Source: Dickeya dadantii NCPPB 898
GTDB lineage: Bacteria; Pseudomonadota; Gammaproteobacteria; Enterobacterales; Enterobacteriaceae
Direction of reading: 5' to 3'
Length of the DNA stretch: 32,000 nucleotides
NCBI RefSeq assembly: GCF_000406145.1
Contig: NZ_CM001976.1
Span: 2,771,337 to 2,803,336 of the forward strand
In this document: one piece after another, positions 16,811 through 26,347 of the stretch
Layout: every line of letters begins with the position of its first letter
How positions within the stretch are numbered: position 1 is the stretch's first letter
Notes under the pieces: model-generated
Told to the model about the DNA's origin: nothing
Seen by the model: the letters and a program-made list of their open reading frames with translations, nothing else
Database searches by the model: none
Translations under genes and position numbers: made by a program

Positions 16811-16836
16811 ATCGCCATCCACAGCGTGATGGCGAT
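16811..16836 (-). terminator. Candidate terminator hairpin downstream of ycjF
   Basis: 9-bp stem atcgccatc / gatggcgat with an 8-nt loop. On the minus strand it is followed by only a weak U-containing tract (aacattacgattatc). Confidence 0.35.
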
Positions 16837-16904
16837 CGACAGGTGATATAACTGGTTACATAACGCACAACCTGTGGAGACGCTTTCATGCCTCGCGCCG
16901 GGCG

Positions 16905-17960
16905 TCATTCCCCGGACGACGACGGCGTTTTCACCCGAATCCGGCCAATCAGCTCACGCCGGAAATCCCCCAACCGAGGCTTGTCATCCAGCCACGGCAG
17001 CGGGCGACACAGCTCCATAGCGCGAATACCCAGCCGCGCGGTCAGTAGACCGGCGCCCAGCCCTTGCGCCGCGCGCGCCGACAGCCGCGCCGCCAAATCC
17101 TGCGACATCCAGTCCATGCCGATTTCCCGCACCAGCTCGCTGGCGCCGGCAAACGCCACATTCAACAGCACCAGCCGGAACAGGCGAATACGGCTGAAGT
17201 AGCCCAGTTCGATGCCGTACAACCGCGCAATCCGGTTGACCAGCCGCAGATTGCGCCAGGCGATGAACGCCATGTCCACCAGCGCCAGCGGGCTGACGGC
17301 AATCATCAGCGCCGACTCGGCGGCGGAGCGGCTGATCTCGCGGCGCGCCCGGGCATCCAGCACCGGTTGCACCACATGCGCGTATAACTCGGTGACTTCA
17401 CGATCGTTGTGGGTATCGTGCAGCGACGCTTGCCAGCGTTGCAGCGCCGGATGCCCGACATCCAACCCGGCCTGACGGGCCAGATTTTCACAAAAGGCGC
17501 GGGCGCTGCCCGTGCCGTGGCTGTTGAGCAACTCCCGCGCCCGGTCACGGGTTTCCGCCCGCTGGCGCAACCGATACAACCGGCGCCACTCGACCGCCAG
17601 CGCGCCGACGCCGGCGCCGACAATCAGAGTGCCTGCCGCCACACCGCCGAGCGCAATCCAGTCCTGACCGATCCAGGCCTGATACAGCGAGCGCCCACCC
17701 TGTGCCAGCGCGCTAAGACCGAACAGTGCTACGCCCAGCTCCAGCATCCTGCGCCACAGGCTTCGGCGCGGGCGTAACGCGTCGCTGACCACCTGCTCGG
17801 CGCTCTCGCCATCATCCGGTTCGTCGTCGTCGGCCGTTGTTGCCGGAACAAAGCGCTGCGCCTCGCCCTCGGCAAAGGCGATCGACGGCCGCAACGGCGC
17901 ATCGGCCGGTTCCACCGGCCCATTATCGAAGGTGATGCGGGGTTTCAACGGTTCATTCAT
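16905..17960 (-). CDS. ycjF: UPF0283 family inner-membrane protein YcjF
   Basis: [12 protein letters not shown]...[11 protein letters not shown]...[48 protein letters not shown] is collinear with E. coli YcjF. Its start overlaps the ycjX stop in an ATGA. Confidence 0.9.
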   Translation of the reverse strand: MNEPLKPRITFDNGPVEPADAPLRPSIAFAEGEAQRFVPATTADDDEPDDGESAEQVVSDALRPRRSLWRRMLELGVALFGLSALAQGGRSLYQAWIGQDWIALGGVAAGTLIVGAGVGALAVEWRRLYRLRQRAETRDRARELLNSHGTGSARAFCENLARQAGLDVGHPALQRWQASLHDTHNDREVTELYAHVVQPVLDARARREISRSAAESALMIAVSPLALVDMAFIAWRNLRLVNRIARLYGIELGYFSRIRLFRLVLLNVAFAGASELVREIGMDWMSQDLAARLSARAAQGLGAGLLTARLGIRAMELCRPLPWLDDKPRLGDFRRELIGRIRVKTPSSSGE

Positions 17961-19372
17961 CGCAATTTATCTCCCAGTAAAAACTCCATCACCGTATCCA
18001 GACGGATATGCGGCAACGGCGCGTCCGTTTGCATTTCCAGCGGACGAAACGGTTCAAAGTGGAATCCCTGCTCGCGCCAGAAGGACGGATCCGGCAGCCG
18101 CGACGGCACATCGCCGGGATACACCGTGACCGGCTCGCCGTCCGCCAGCCGGTTGCCGCGCAAGGCCGGCAACGACTGCCCCTGATGCGACACCACGCCG
18201 CTTTGCGTCGCCTGCACCGAGGCAATGCCCGCACAGTCGATCTCAATCCCTTCGAACGCCGCATTACGCCAGGCTTCCTGCACCAGTTGCTGTAGCAACG
18301 ACACCAAATTGGCGTGTTGATCGGCGGTGATATGGTCGGACTGACTGGCGGCAAACATCAGTCGATCAATACACGGCGAAAACAGACGTCGCAGCAGGGT
18401 GCGTTTGCCGTAGTGAAAGCTCTGCATCAGTTGGGTCAGCGCCAGTCGCATGTCGTTAAACGACTGGACGCCGTGGTTGAGCGGTTGCAGGCAGTCCACC
18501 AGTACGATTTGCCGGTCGAAGCGCACAAAGTGCTGGCGATAGAATTCGCGCACCACATGCTGGCAGTAATAATCAAATCGCTGACGCAGCATACCGATCA
18601 GGGTGTGATCGCCGGCCTGCGCCAGCGCGGCGTCCAGCCGGTCGTCAGGCCACGGCCAGGGAAAGAACTGCAACACCGGCGCGCCGGCCAGATCGCCCGG
18701 CAACACAAAACGCCCCGGTTGAATGAAATGCAGCCCTTCTTGTTTGCATCGCAACAGATAGTCGGTGTACGCCTGGGCGATCGCCGCCAGCCGGTTTTCA
18801 TCCGCCGGCGCCAGCGGGTCCAGCCCCTCGCACAGCGCCAGCCAGGGCTGCGCCCAGCCCAGCCGGTCGCCCTGCAACATGGCGGACATCTGCCGCGACC
18901 AGTCGGCGTAACTCTGCTCCAGCAACGGCAAATCCAGCAGCCACTCGCCGGGATAATCGACGATTTCCAGATAGAGCGTCGCGGTGTCGCGGAAATGGCG
19001 CAGCAAGCTGTCGCGGGAACGGTAACGCAGCGCCAGCCTGATTTCGCTGACGCCGCGGGTCGGCGTCGGCCAGGCGGGCGGCACGCCGTACAGCGACGCC
19101 ATGCCTTCGTCATACGCAAACCGGGGAATACCCAGATCCCGCTGCGGAATGCGCCGCGCGCCCAGCAGCCGGTTTTCACGCGCCACCGAAAACAGCGGCA
19201 ACCGCGCACCGTGCTGGGCGTTGAGTAATTGATTAACCAGTGAGGTAATAAAAGCCGTTTTACCGCTGCGGCTCAGACCGGTAACCGCCAGCCGCAGATG
19301 GCGATCGGCGCTGCGATTGACCAGCGCGTTGAATTCGTTCTGTAACCGGTTGAAAGGAAGGGAATAAGCCAT
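17957..19372 (-). CDS. ycjX: YcjX-like P-loop NTPase (conserved partner of YcjF)
   Basis: [25 protein letters not shown]...[15 protein letters not shown]...[16 protein letters not shown] is collinear with E. coli YcjX. The ATG at 19372 follows AGGAG; the 5-codon extension in the track ORF was rejected. Confidence 0.9.
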   Translation of the reverse strand: MAYSLPFNRLQNEFNALVNRSADRHLRLAVTGLSRSGKTAFITSLVNQLLNAQHGARLPLFSVARENRLLGARRIPQRDLGIPRFAYDEGMASLYGVPPAWPTPTRGVSEIRLALRYRSRDSLLRHFRDTATLYLEIVDYPGEWLLDLPLLEQSYADWSRQMSAMLQGDRLGWAQPWLALCEGLDPLAPADENRLAAIAQAYTDYLLRCKQEGLHFIQPGRFVLPGDLAGAPVLQFFPWPWPDDRLDAALAQAGDHTLIGMLRQRFDYYCQHVVREFYRQHFVRFDRQIVLVDCLQPLNHGVQSFNDMRLALTQLMQSFHYGKRTLLRRLFSPCIDRLMFAASQSDHITADQHANLVSLLQQLVQEAWRNAAFEGIEIDCAGIASVQATQSGVVSHQGQSLPALRGNRLADGEPVTVYPGDVPSRLPDPSFWREQGFHFEPFRPLEMQTDAPLPHIRLDTVMEFLLGDKLR

Positions 19373-19474
19373 GACGCTCCTGTTCATTTTCTTGCCTGGC
19401 GATACCGCATTATGGTGCGACCGCCGCGAAAAAACGAAAAATGATAGACGGGATTCGATAGCGTCGAACCCCGC

Positions 19475-19490
19475 TGCAGCGTGTGGGCCA
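19475..19490 (-). promoter_or_regulatory. Sigma54-like -24/-12 motif (TGGCCC-N5-CTGCA) in the pspC-ycjX gap
   Basis: The minus strand reads tggcccacacgctgca, compared with the consensus TGGCAC-N5-TTGCA. GG and GC are correctly spaced. It lies about 100 nt upstream of the ycjX ATG. This is a motif match only. Confidence 0.35.
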
Positions 19491-19525
19491 GCCGTCGGCT
19501 GGCGTGGTAATGACAGACGTGGTGA

Positions 19526-19885
19526 TTATAGCTGACGGAACTTGCTGCGCAGGCCGTACGTGTCCGATGTGATATAGCGCTCAATGCTACGCAACCGCTG
19601 CTCGCTGGCGCTCAGTATCGCATCCGCCTGATCCAGCAACGCATTCGGCGAGACACCAGCATCGGCGGGTTGGTACGCCTCCGGCGGCGCCGGGTCCAGC
19701 ACGAAGCTGAGCACAATGTAGGCCACAGCGGTAATCAGGAACAGACCGAAGAAAATCGACAGCACGGCGATGATACGCACCAGCTTTACCGGCACATCAA
19801 AATAACGCGCCAGCCCGGCGCACACGCCTTTGATCATGCCTTCTTCCGGCAGACGATAAAGTTTTCGCTCAAAACGGGTGTTCAT
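19526..19885 (-). CDS. pspC: Phage shock protein C (envelope stress signal transducer)
   Basis: 119 aa. GMIKGVCAGLARYFDVPVKLVRIIAVLSIFFG...ERYITSDTYGLRSKFRQL aligns with E. coli PspC over its full length. ATGA overlap with pspB. Confidence 0.92.
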   Translation of the reverse strand: MNTRFERKLYRLPEEGMIKGVCAGLARYFDVPVKLVRIIAVLSIFFGLFLITAVAYIVLSFVLDPAPPEAYQPADAGVSPNALLDQADAILSASEQRLRSIERYITSDTYGLRSKFRQL

Positions 19886-20115
19886 CAGGATTGCCTCCAG
19901 TTGGGATGCTCTGCATCCAGAATCTGTTCCAGCGCGTCGATCCGCTCGCGCATACGCTGTGCGTCTTCCGTTAACCGGACCAGCCGCTGCCGTTCAGCCG
20001 GATCCCATTGCGGCGAACGATTGCGGCGCTGGCTGTAGTGCAGCCACAGCCACAGTGGCGCCACAAACAGCAGGAACACCGTCAGCGGAATCATTGTCAG
20101 TACCAGAGCACCCAT
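19885..20115 (-). CDS. pspB: Phage shock protein B
   Basis: 76 aa. PLWLWLHYSQRRNRS...RMRERIDALEQILDAEHPNWR matches E. coli PspB. Confidence 0.92.
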   Translation of the reverse strand: MGALVLTMIPLTVFLLFVAPLWLWLHYSQRRNRSPQWDPAERQRLVRLTEDAQRMRERIDALEQILDAEHPNWRQS

Positions 20116-20148
20116 TTTTTCTCCTTAATTATTATAGCGATGCGGCAG

Positions 20149-20170
20149 GGCTGCCGCCGCAGCGGCAGCC
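20149..20170 (-). other. GC-rich intercistronic hairpin between pspA and pspB
   Basis: 9-bp perfect stem ggctgccgc / gcggcagcc with a 4-nt loop cgca, read directly in the 63-bp pspA-pspB gap. Confidence 0.5.
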
Positions 20171-20178
20171 AGTGGCGA

Positions 20179-20844
20179 TTACTCCGCCGGTTTTACTTTG
20201 GCTTTCAGCGCCGCCAGTTGCGCATCGATCTCATCGCTGGTTTTCAAATCGGCAAACTGCTGATCCAGCGATTTATGTTTGCCCAGCCCCACGCTTTCCG
20301 CTTCCGCCTCCAGCGTATCGATACGACGTTCGAACTGTTCAAAGCGAGCCATCGCCTCATCCAGTTTACCGCTGTCGAGCTGGCGACGAATATCGCGGGA
20401 TGAACTGGCGGCCTGATGGCGCAGCGTCAGCGCCTGCTGGCGGGCGCGGGTTTCGGTCAGCTTATTCTCCAGCTCGCCGATTTCCCGTTTTAGGCGCTCC
20501 AGCGTTTCGTCCACCGCCGCCGCTTCCTGCTCCAGCACCGTCACCAGTTCCGTCAGTTTCTGTTTTTCCACCAGCGCGGCGCGCGCCAGCTCCTCACGCT
20601 CACGGCGCAGCGCCAGCTCCGCTTTTTCCTGCCATTCGTCCTGCTGACCACGGGCCTGTTCAATGCGGCGGGCCAGCTGTTTCTTTTCCGCCAGCGCCCG
20701 GGCGGAGGTGGAACGCACTTCAACCAGTGTATCTTCCATTTCCTGAATCATCAGCCGCACCAGCTTCTGCGGGTCCTCGGCCTTATCCAGCAAGGCATTG
20801 ATATTGGCGTTCACGATGTCGGCAAAACGGGAAAAAATACCCAT
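20179..20844 (-). CDS. pspA: Phage shock protein A (PspA/IM30 family; negative regulator of PspF)
   Basis: [57 protein letters not shown]... is near-identical to E. coli PspA across 221 aa. Confidence 0.95.
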   Translation of the reverse strand: MGIFSRFADIVNANINALLDKAEDPQKLVRLMIQEMEDTLVEVRSTSARALAEKKQLARRIEQARGQQDEWQEKAELALRREREELARAALVEKQKLTELVTVLEQEAAAVDETLERLKREIGELENKLTETRARQQALTLRHQAASSSRDIRRQLDSGKLDEAMARFEQFERRIDTLEAEAESVGLGKHKSLDQQFADLKTSDEIDAQLAALKAKVKPAE

Positions 20845-20927
20845 ACTCTACTCCTCAGTGATTTCCGGCGTCTGCGACGCCCGGTTCATTATCTCCATCA
20901 GCCGTTGCCTGATGACACAGTGGTATA

Positions 20928-20943
20928 ATCAAATACCGTGCCA
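20928..20943 (-). promoter_or_regulatory. Sigma54-dependent pspA promoter (-24 TGGCAC / -12 TTGAT)
   Basis: The minus strand reads tggcacggtatttgat. The -24 element is perfect and the spacing is canonical. It lies about 85 bp upstream of the pspA ATG in the pspA-pspF divergent region. An AT-rich stretch upstream (20944-21063) fits the expected IHF/PspF UAS region. Confidence 0.7.
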
Positions 20944-21063
20944 GCTTTTAAAAATCAAATAAAACAATGATAAATAACGAGTTAATCATTTAAATATACA
21001 GTCAGCGCTATCTTTGATATGGTCAAATTAACTAACAAGTGGTGAAAAATACAAGGTAATGTC

Positions 21064-22059
21064 ATGGCGCACGAGCAAGAGTCGTTACTGGGCGAAGCCA
21101 ACAGTTTTCTGGAAGTGCTGGAACAGGTGTCGCAACTGGCGCAGCTCAATAAACCGGTGCTGGTGATTGGCGAGCGGGGAACCGGTAAGGAACTGATTGC
21201 CAGCCGTCTGCATTACCTGTCGCCGCACTGGCAGGGGCCGTTCATTTCGCTCAACTGCGCGGCGCTGAACGAAAATCTGCTGGATTCCGAACTGTTCGGC
21301 CATGAAGCCGGCGCCTTCACCGGCGCGCAAAAGCGGCATCTGGGCCGTTTTGAGCGCGCCGACGGCGGCACCCTGTTTCTGGATGAACTGGCTACCGCGC
21401 CGATGCTGGTTCAGGAGAAGCTGTTGCGGGTGATCGAATACGGCGTGCTGGAACGTGTGGGCGGCGGTCAGTCGCTACAGGTGGATGTGCGGCTGGTGTG
21501 CGCCACCAACGAAGACCTGCCCGAGCTGGCCGCGCAGGGGAAATTTCGCGCCGACCTGCTGGACCGGCTGGCGTTCGACGTGGTTCACCTGCCGCCGCTG
21601 CGTCAGCGCCAGCAGGACATCATGTTGCTGGCGCAGCATTTCGCGGTGCAGATGTGTCGGGAACTTGGGCTGCCGCTGTTCCCCGGATTCAGCCCGCAGG
21701 CGGAGCGCACGCTGCTGGATTACGCCTGGCCGGGCAACATCCGCGAGCTGAAAAATGTGGTGGAACGTTCGCTGTACCGGCACGGCGATAGCCGCGATCC
21801 AGTAGATCGCATTATCCTCAATCCGTTCAAGCCGCTGGCCGCGTTCACGCCCGAGAAGGCAACCGCCGCCGCACAGGCGTCGCTCCCGACGCTGCCGCTG
21901 GACCTGCGCGACTGGCAGCATGTTCAGGAACAGCAACTGGTGCAGCAGGCGCTGACGCAGGCTCGCTTCAACCAGCGCAAGGCGGCCGAACTCTTAGGGG
22001 TGACTTACCACCAGTTTCGCGGCCTGTTAAAGAAACACGCCATCAATGACAATGAATGA
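21064..22059 (+). CDS. pspF: Sigma54-dependent psp operon transcriptional activator PspF (AAA+ bEBP lacking a receiver domain)
   Basis: LLGEANSFLEVLEQVSQLAQLNKPVLVIGERGTGKELIASRLHYLS...GAFTGA...GGTLFLDELA...C-terminal HTH AAELLGVTYHQFRGLLKKH is collinear with E. coli PspF. Confidence 0.95.
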   Translation: MAHEQESLLGEANSFLEVLEQVSQLAQLNKPVLVIGERGTGKELIASRLHYLSPHWQGPFISLNCAALNENLLDSELFGHEAGAFTGAQKRHLGRFERADGGTLFLDELATAPMLVQEKLLRVIEYGVLERVGGGQSLQVDVRLVCATNEDLPELAAQGKFRADLLDRLAFDVVHLPPLRQRQQDIMLLAQHFAVQMCRELGLPLFPGFSPQAERTLLDYAWPGNIRELKNVVERSLYRHGDSRDPVDRIILNPFKPLAAFTPEKATAAAQASLPTLPLDLRDWQHVQEQQLVQQALTQARFNQRKAAELLGVTYHQFRGLLKKHAINDNE

Positions 22060-22220
22060 CATGGCAATGCTCTTTGCCGCACACCACCAGCGCACAACAT
22101 TTTGCCAATCCCAATGCGCCCATCGAGGCGTATGACAGCGTCTCTCGGCGCGCGATGACCACCGCGCCAGTTGGCAATGGACGTGCGCGCCGGACAGGCA
22201 TCAGCACAACGCCGCAGCGG

Positions 22221-23411
22221 TCACCACGGCTCAAACGGATCATCTAATTCCAGCCAGCTGTCCACGCCATCCAGCAATTCATCATCCGTTAGCAGGCAGT
22301 TATCCAGCTGCGTGGCGATCCACGCCTGATCCAGATGCTGACCGATAAACACAATCTCCTGACGCATATCGCCAAACGGCTCCTGCCACTTATTCCTGAT
22401 AGCTGCCCGCGTTTCTTCATCTTGAGGCCAGCGCTCCGGCGGAATCGCCTTCCAGAACATGCCCGCCAGTCCGTAGCGCAGAATGCCCCCGGCCTGATGC
22501 CAGGAGCCGGCCTGAAACGGACGGGTCGCCAGCCAGAAGAACCCTTTGGAACGCAGCAGGCGGCCCGGCCCCCATTCATCCTTGCTCAGGAAGTCATGGA
22601 AACGCTGCGGATGAAACGGCCGCCGCGCCTGATATACAAAGTTGCCGATGCCGTAATGTTCGGTTTCCGGCGTATGGGTGCCGCGTAATTCCTGCAGCCA
22701 GCCCGGCGCCATGGCCGCGGTTTGCATATTGAAACGCCCGGTATTGAGCACCTCGTCCATCGGCACCTGACCGTGCGCGATCGGCAGAATGCGTGCCGAC
22801 GGATTCAGGGTGTGCAGAATCGCCACCACTTCATCCCGCTGGCTATCGGTCATCTCATCGGTTTTGCTCACCAGCAGAACATCGCAAAACTCAATCTGCT
22901 CAATCAGCAAGTCGGTCACGCTGCGGATATCATCTTCGCCGAGGCTCTGCCCCACCGACTGTAAACTTTCCGCCGCCTGATACTGCGACAGGAAAGCGGC
23001 GCCATCCACCACCGTCACCATGGTATCCAGCCGGGCGAAATCCGACAGGCTTTGCCCCTGCTCGTCTTCAAAGGTAAACGTCTCCGCCACCGGCAACGGT
23101 TCGGAAATACCGCTGGACTCGATCAGCAGATAATCGTAACGGCCGGCGCGGGCCAGCTCGCGCACCGCCACCAGCAAGTCTTCCCGTAGGGTGCAGCAAA
23201 TACAGCCGTTGCTCATCGACACCAGTTTTTCCTGACGGTGATCAAGCGTTACCTCCTGGCTGACCAAATCGGCATCGATATTCACTTCGCTCATGTCATT
23301 GACGATCACGGCGACCCGGCGACCCTGGCGGTTATTCAGAATGTGATTCAGCACCGTGGTCTTGCCGGCACCGAGAAAGCCGGACAGTACCGTGACGGGT
23401 AAAGGTTGCAT
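22221..23411 (-). CDS. COG0523 (CobW/YjiA/YeiR/ZigA-type) G3E-family GTPase, a putative zinc metallochaperone
   Basis: P-loop [18 protein letters not shown], metal-binding CxCC ([12 protein letters not shown]), the ESSGISEP switch and a CobW_C-like C-terminus. The ATG at 23411 follows AGGAG. A Zur box lies upstream. Confidence 0.85.
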   Translation of the reverse strand: MQPLPVTVLSGFLGAGKTTVLNHILNNRQGRRVAVIVNDMSEVNIDADLVSQEVTLDHRQEKLVSMSNGCICCTLREDLLVAVRELARAGRYDYLLIESSGISEPLPVAETFTFEDEQGQSLSDFARLDTMVTVVDGAAFLSQYQAAESLQSVGQSLGEDDIRSVTDLLIEQIEFCDVLLVSKTDEMTDSQRDEVVAILHTLNPSARILPIAHGQVPMDEVLNTGRFNMQTAAMAPGWLQELRGTHTPETEHYGIGNFVYQARRPFHPQRFHDFLSKDEWGPGRLLRSKGFFWLATRPFQAGSWHQAGGILRYGLAGMFWKAIPPERWPQDEETRAAIRNKWQEPFGDMRQEIVFIGQHLDQAWIATQLDNCLLTDDELLDGVDSWLELDDPFEPW

Positions 23412-23496
23412 ACGCGTGCTCCTGCTCAGAAATGATTGTTCTGCGGCCCTAAACGGCATGACCGCTGCTCGCGGCACGCATACTATCATAATTGAT

Positions 23497-23513
23497 ATGT
23501 TATAACATAACAT
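23497..23513 (-). promoter_or_regulatory. Zur box (zinc uptake regulator operator) upstream of the COG0523 GTPase
   Basis: atgttataacataacat matches the enterobacterial Zur palindrome core ATGTTATA-W-TATAACAT (as I recall it) at 16 of 17 positions. It lies 86-102 bp upstream of the GTPase ATG. Confidence 0.7.
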
Positions 23514-23672
23514 AAACAATGTTCACGGCGCCGTCATGCATAAATAGCTGTCGAATCCTGCCGACAACCCCATCAGTTTGCTGAAAAAACCGGCAGATAG
23601 ACGTAAGAAATTGGGTGGAATGGCAGAGTGCGGTACACTCTGTATATTGCCGATTGCCTGAAAAAAAACCGT

Positions 23673-25385
23673 ATGTCCGGAAAACACACTCTCGCACTGG
23701 CGCTGGCCTGGCTGGCGCTGCCGGTTCTGGCACAAACGCCGCCCGCCACGTCGACGCCGGCGCAAGCCATCCGCCACAGCGGTTTTGTTTATTGCGTCAA
23801 TGACGTGCTCAGCACCTTTAATCCCCAGATGGCCCGCAGCGGGCTGATGGTGGATACGCTGGCCGCCCAGCTCTATGATCGCCTGCTGGGCGTCGATCCG
23901 TACACTTACCGGCTGATGCCGGAACTGGCGCAGCACTGGGACGTCACCGACAATGGCTCCACTTATCGATTCACCCTGCGCCGTGATGTGCCGTTCCAGC
24001 AAACCAGTTGGTTTACCCCCAGCCGCACAATGAACGCCGACGACGTGCTGTTTAGCTTCCAGCGCATGCTGGACAAAAATCACCCGTTCCACGACGTCAA
24101 CGGCGGCGACTACCCTTATTTCGATAGTTTGCAGTTGGCGGACAACGTACAGAGCATCCGCAAACTGGGCGATTACAGCATCGAGATCCGCCTGCACAGC
24201 CCCGATGCCTCGTTTCTGTGGCATCTGGCTACCCACTACGCGCCGATCCTGTCGGCGGAATACGCCCAACAGTTGACCCAACAAGATCGGCGCGAACTGC
24301 TCGACCGTCAGCCGGTAGGCACCGGTCCTTACCGGCTGGATGAATACCGTTACGGGCAGTATGTGCGGCTGAAACGCAATGATGATTATTGGCGCGGCCA
24401 GCCGCGCATGGAACAGGTGGTGGTCGATCTCGGCTCCGGCGGCACCGGCCGTCTGTCCAAACTGTTGACCGGCGAGTGCGACGTGCTGGCCTACCCGGCC
24501 GCCAGCCAACTGACCATTCTGCGCAACGACCCGCGCCTGCGGCTGTCGCTGCGGCCGGGGATGAACGTCGCTTATCTGGCGTTCAACGTGCGCAAACCGC
24601 CGCTGGACGACTCCCGCGTGCGCCACGCCATCGCGCTGGCGATCAACAATGACCGCCTGATGCAGTCGATTTACTACGGCACCGCGGAAACCGCCGCCTC
24701 GATCCTGCCGCGCGCCTCCTGGGCCTACGACAACGAAGCACAGATCACCGAATACAATCCGGAGAAAGCGCGCCAGCAATTGAAAGAACTGGGGATTACC
24801 AACCTGCAACTGCAACTGTGGGTGCCGAGCGCCTCGCAGTCCTACAACCCCAGCCCGGTGAAAACCGCCGAACTGATTCAGGCCGATCTGGCGCAGGTGG
24901 GGATCAAGGTGACCATCATGCCGGTGGAAGGGCGTTTTCAGGAAGCGCGCCTGATGGAGATGAATCACGACCTGACGCTGGCGGGCTGGGCTACCGACAG
25001 CAATGACCCGGACAGCGTGTTCCGGCCGCTGCTGAGCTGCGCCGCCATCCGCTCCCAGACCAATTACGCCCACTGGTGCGACCCCGGTTTCGATCAGGTG
25101 CTACAGGATGCGCTCTCTTCCCAGCAACTCTCCCGCCGCATGGAATACTATCGCGTGGCGCACCACATTCTGGCCGAGCAGTTACCGGTATTGCCGCTGG
25201 CCTCGTCGCTGCGGATGCAGGCCTATCGCTACGACATGAAAGGACTGGTGCTCAGCCCGTTCGGCAACGCCTCTTTCGCCGGCGTCTACCGCGATGACGG
25301 CAGTGAAGAGAAGAATGAGGAAAAACCGGATGGCTCCGCCGTAGACCCGTCCTCCAGCGCGCCGATCCAGGGAGAACAACCGTGA
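23673..25385 (+). CDS. sapA: Peptide/putrescine ABC transporter periplasmic binding protein SapA
   Basis: Collinear with E. coli SapA from the signal peptide [21 protein letters not shown] through [10 protein letters not shown]...[10 protein letters not shown]...NASFAGVYR. The ATG at 23673 was chosen by alignment, since the RBS is weak. The GTG at 23628 from the track was rejected. Confidence 0.88.
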   Translation: MSGKHTLALALAWLALPVLAQTPPATSTPAQAIRHSGFVYCVNDVLSTFNPQMARSGLMVDTLAAQLYDRLLGVDPYTYRLMPELAQHWDVTDNGSTYRFTLRRDVPFQQTSWFTPSRTMNADDVLFSFQRMLDKNHPFHDVNGGDYPYFDSLQLADNVQSIRKLGDYSIEIRLHSPDASFLWHLATHYAPILSAEYAQQLTQQDRRELLDRQPVGTGPYRLDEYRYGQYVRLKRNDDYWRGQPRMEQVVVDLGSGGTGRLSKLLTGECDVLAYPAASQLTILRNDPRLRLSLRPGMNVAYLAFNVRKPPLDDSRVRHAIALAINNDRLMQSIYYGTAETAASILPRASWAYDNEAQITEYNPEKARQQLKELGITNLQLQLWVPSASQSYNPSPVKTAELIQADLAQVGIKVTIMPVEGRFQEARLMEMNHDLTLAGWATDSNDPDSVFRPLLSCAAIRSQTNYAHWCDPGFDQVLQDALSSQQLSRRMEYYRVAHHILAEQLPVLPLASSLRMQAYRYDMKGLVLSPFGNASFAGVYRDDGSEEKNEEKPDGSAVDPSSSAPIQGEQP

Positions 25386-26347
25386 TTATCTTTACGCTTC
25401 GTCGCCTGTTGTTGTTGCTGGTCACGCTATTTCTGCTGTCGTTGATCGGTTTCAGTCTGATGTATTACACCCCGCATGCGCCGCTCAACGGCGCGGCGCT
25501 GCTCGACGCCTACCGCTTTTATTTCAGCAGTTTGCTGCAAGGGGATTTCGGCGTCTCCAGTACCAACGGGCAGCCGATTAGCGAACAGTTGCGCGACGTG
25601 CTGCCCGCCACCATTGAACTCTGTCTGCTGGCGTTTTCGTTGTCGCTGCTGGTGGGAATTCCGCTTGGCATCACTACCGGCGTACTGCAGCACAAAACCG
25701 CCGATCGACTGATCAGCGGGCTGGCGTTGCTGGGCTTTTCGCTGCCGGTGTTCTGGCTGGCGCTGCTGATGACGTTATTCTTTTCGCTGCATCTGGGCTG
25801 GCTGCCGGTGTCCGGCCGTTTCGACCTGCTCTACCCGGTGCCGCAGGTCACCGGCTTCGCGCTGATCGACGCCTGGCTGTCCGATTCGCCCTACCGGGAA
25901 GAGATGATCGCCAGCGCCGTACAGCACCTGATTCTGCCGGTGCTGGTGCTGTCGGTCGGCCCCACCACCGAAGTGATCCGACTGATGCGTATCAGCACCA
26001 CCGATGTCGGCACCCAGAATTACATCAAGGCGGCGATTATCCGCGGGTTGCCGCGTTCCACCGTGATTCGTCGCCACCTGCTGCACAACGCGCTGCCGCC
26101 GATCATTCCGCAACTGGGTTTGCAATTCTCCACCATGCTGACGCTGGAGATGATCACCGAAGTGGTCTTTAACTGGCCCGGCATCGGCCGCTGGCTGGTC
26201 AACGCCATCCGCCAGCAGGACTTTGCGGCGATCTCCGCCGGGGTGATGGTGATCGGCGCGCTGGTGATCACCATTAATGTGCTGTCCGATATCTGGGGCG
26301 CCATGGCAAACCCGCTGAAACATAAGGAATGGTATGCACTCCGATAA
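25382..26347 (+). CDS. sapB: ABC transporter permease SapB
   Basis: [19 protein letters not shown]...[13 protein letters not shown] is collinear with E. coli SapB. The GTG start overlaps the sapA stop. Confidence 0.92.
   Translation: MIIFTLRRLLLLLVTLFLLSLIGFSLMYYTPHAPLNGAALLDAYRFYFSSLLQGDFGVSSTNGQPISEQLRDVLPATIELCLLAFSLSLLVGIPLGITTGVLQHKTADRLISGLALLGFSLPVFWLALLMTLFFSLHLGWLPVSGRFDLLYPVPQVTGFALIDAWLSDSPYREEMIASAVQHLILPVLVLSVGPTTEVIRLMRISTTDVGTQNYIKAAIIRGLPRSTVIRRHLLHNALPPIIPQLGLQFSTMLTLEMITEVVFNWPGIGRWLVNAIRQQDFAAISAGVMVIGALVITINVLSDIWGAMANPLKHKEWYALR

Noticed and set aside
16643-16904. TyrR boxes upstream of the MFS symporter and the M20 gene, given their proximity to tyrR
   Set aside because: I searched by eye for TGTAAA-N6-TTTACA-like 18-mers. 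The nearest candidates have TGT/ACA spacings of 14-15 and not 12, so I make no TyrR regulon claim.
18314-19228. 304-aa plus-strand ORF; also 19878-20801 (307 aa) and 27246-28100 (284 aa, minus)
   Set aside because: They are antisense to ycjX, to pspBA and to sapD respectively, all of which are strongly supported by homology.
19384-19584. 66-aa minus-strand ORF in the position where pspD would be
   Set aside because: It overlaps the pspC 3' end out of frame. Its sequence (MSAISHRTRTACAASS...) does not resemble E. coli PspD, it is not predicted to be amphipathic or membrane-associated, and it has no RBS.
22060-22220. Bidirectional terminator or small gene between the convergent pspF and COG0523 genes
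   Set aside because: Only a weak 6-bp GC stem (ggcgcg...cgcgcc) without a U tract is present. The two roughly 65-aa ORFs here have no RBS and odd composition.
23523-25073. 516-aa minus-strand ORF
   Set aside because: It is entirely antisense to sapA, whose product aligns end to end with E. coli SapA. Its translation is Arg/Gly/Ala/Gln-rich low-complexity sequence typical of the antisense frame of high-GC genes, and it has no RBS.
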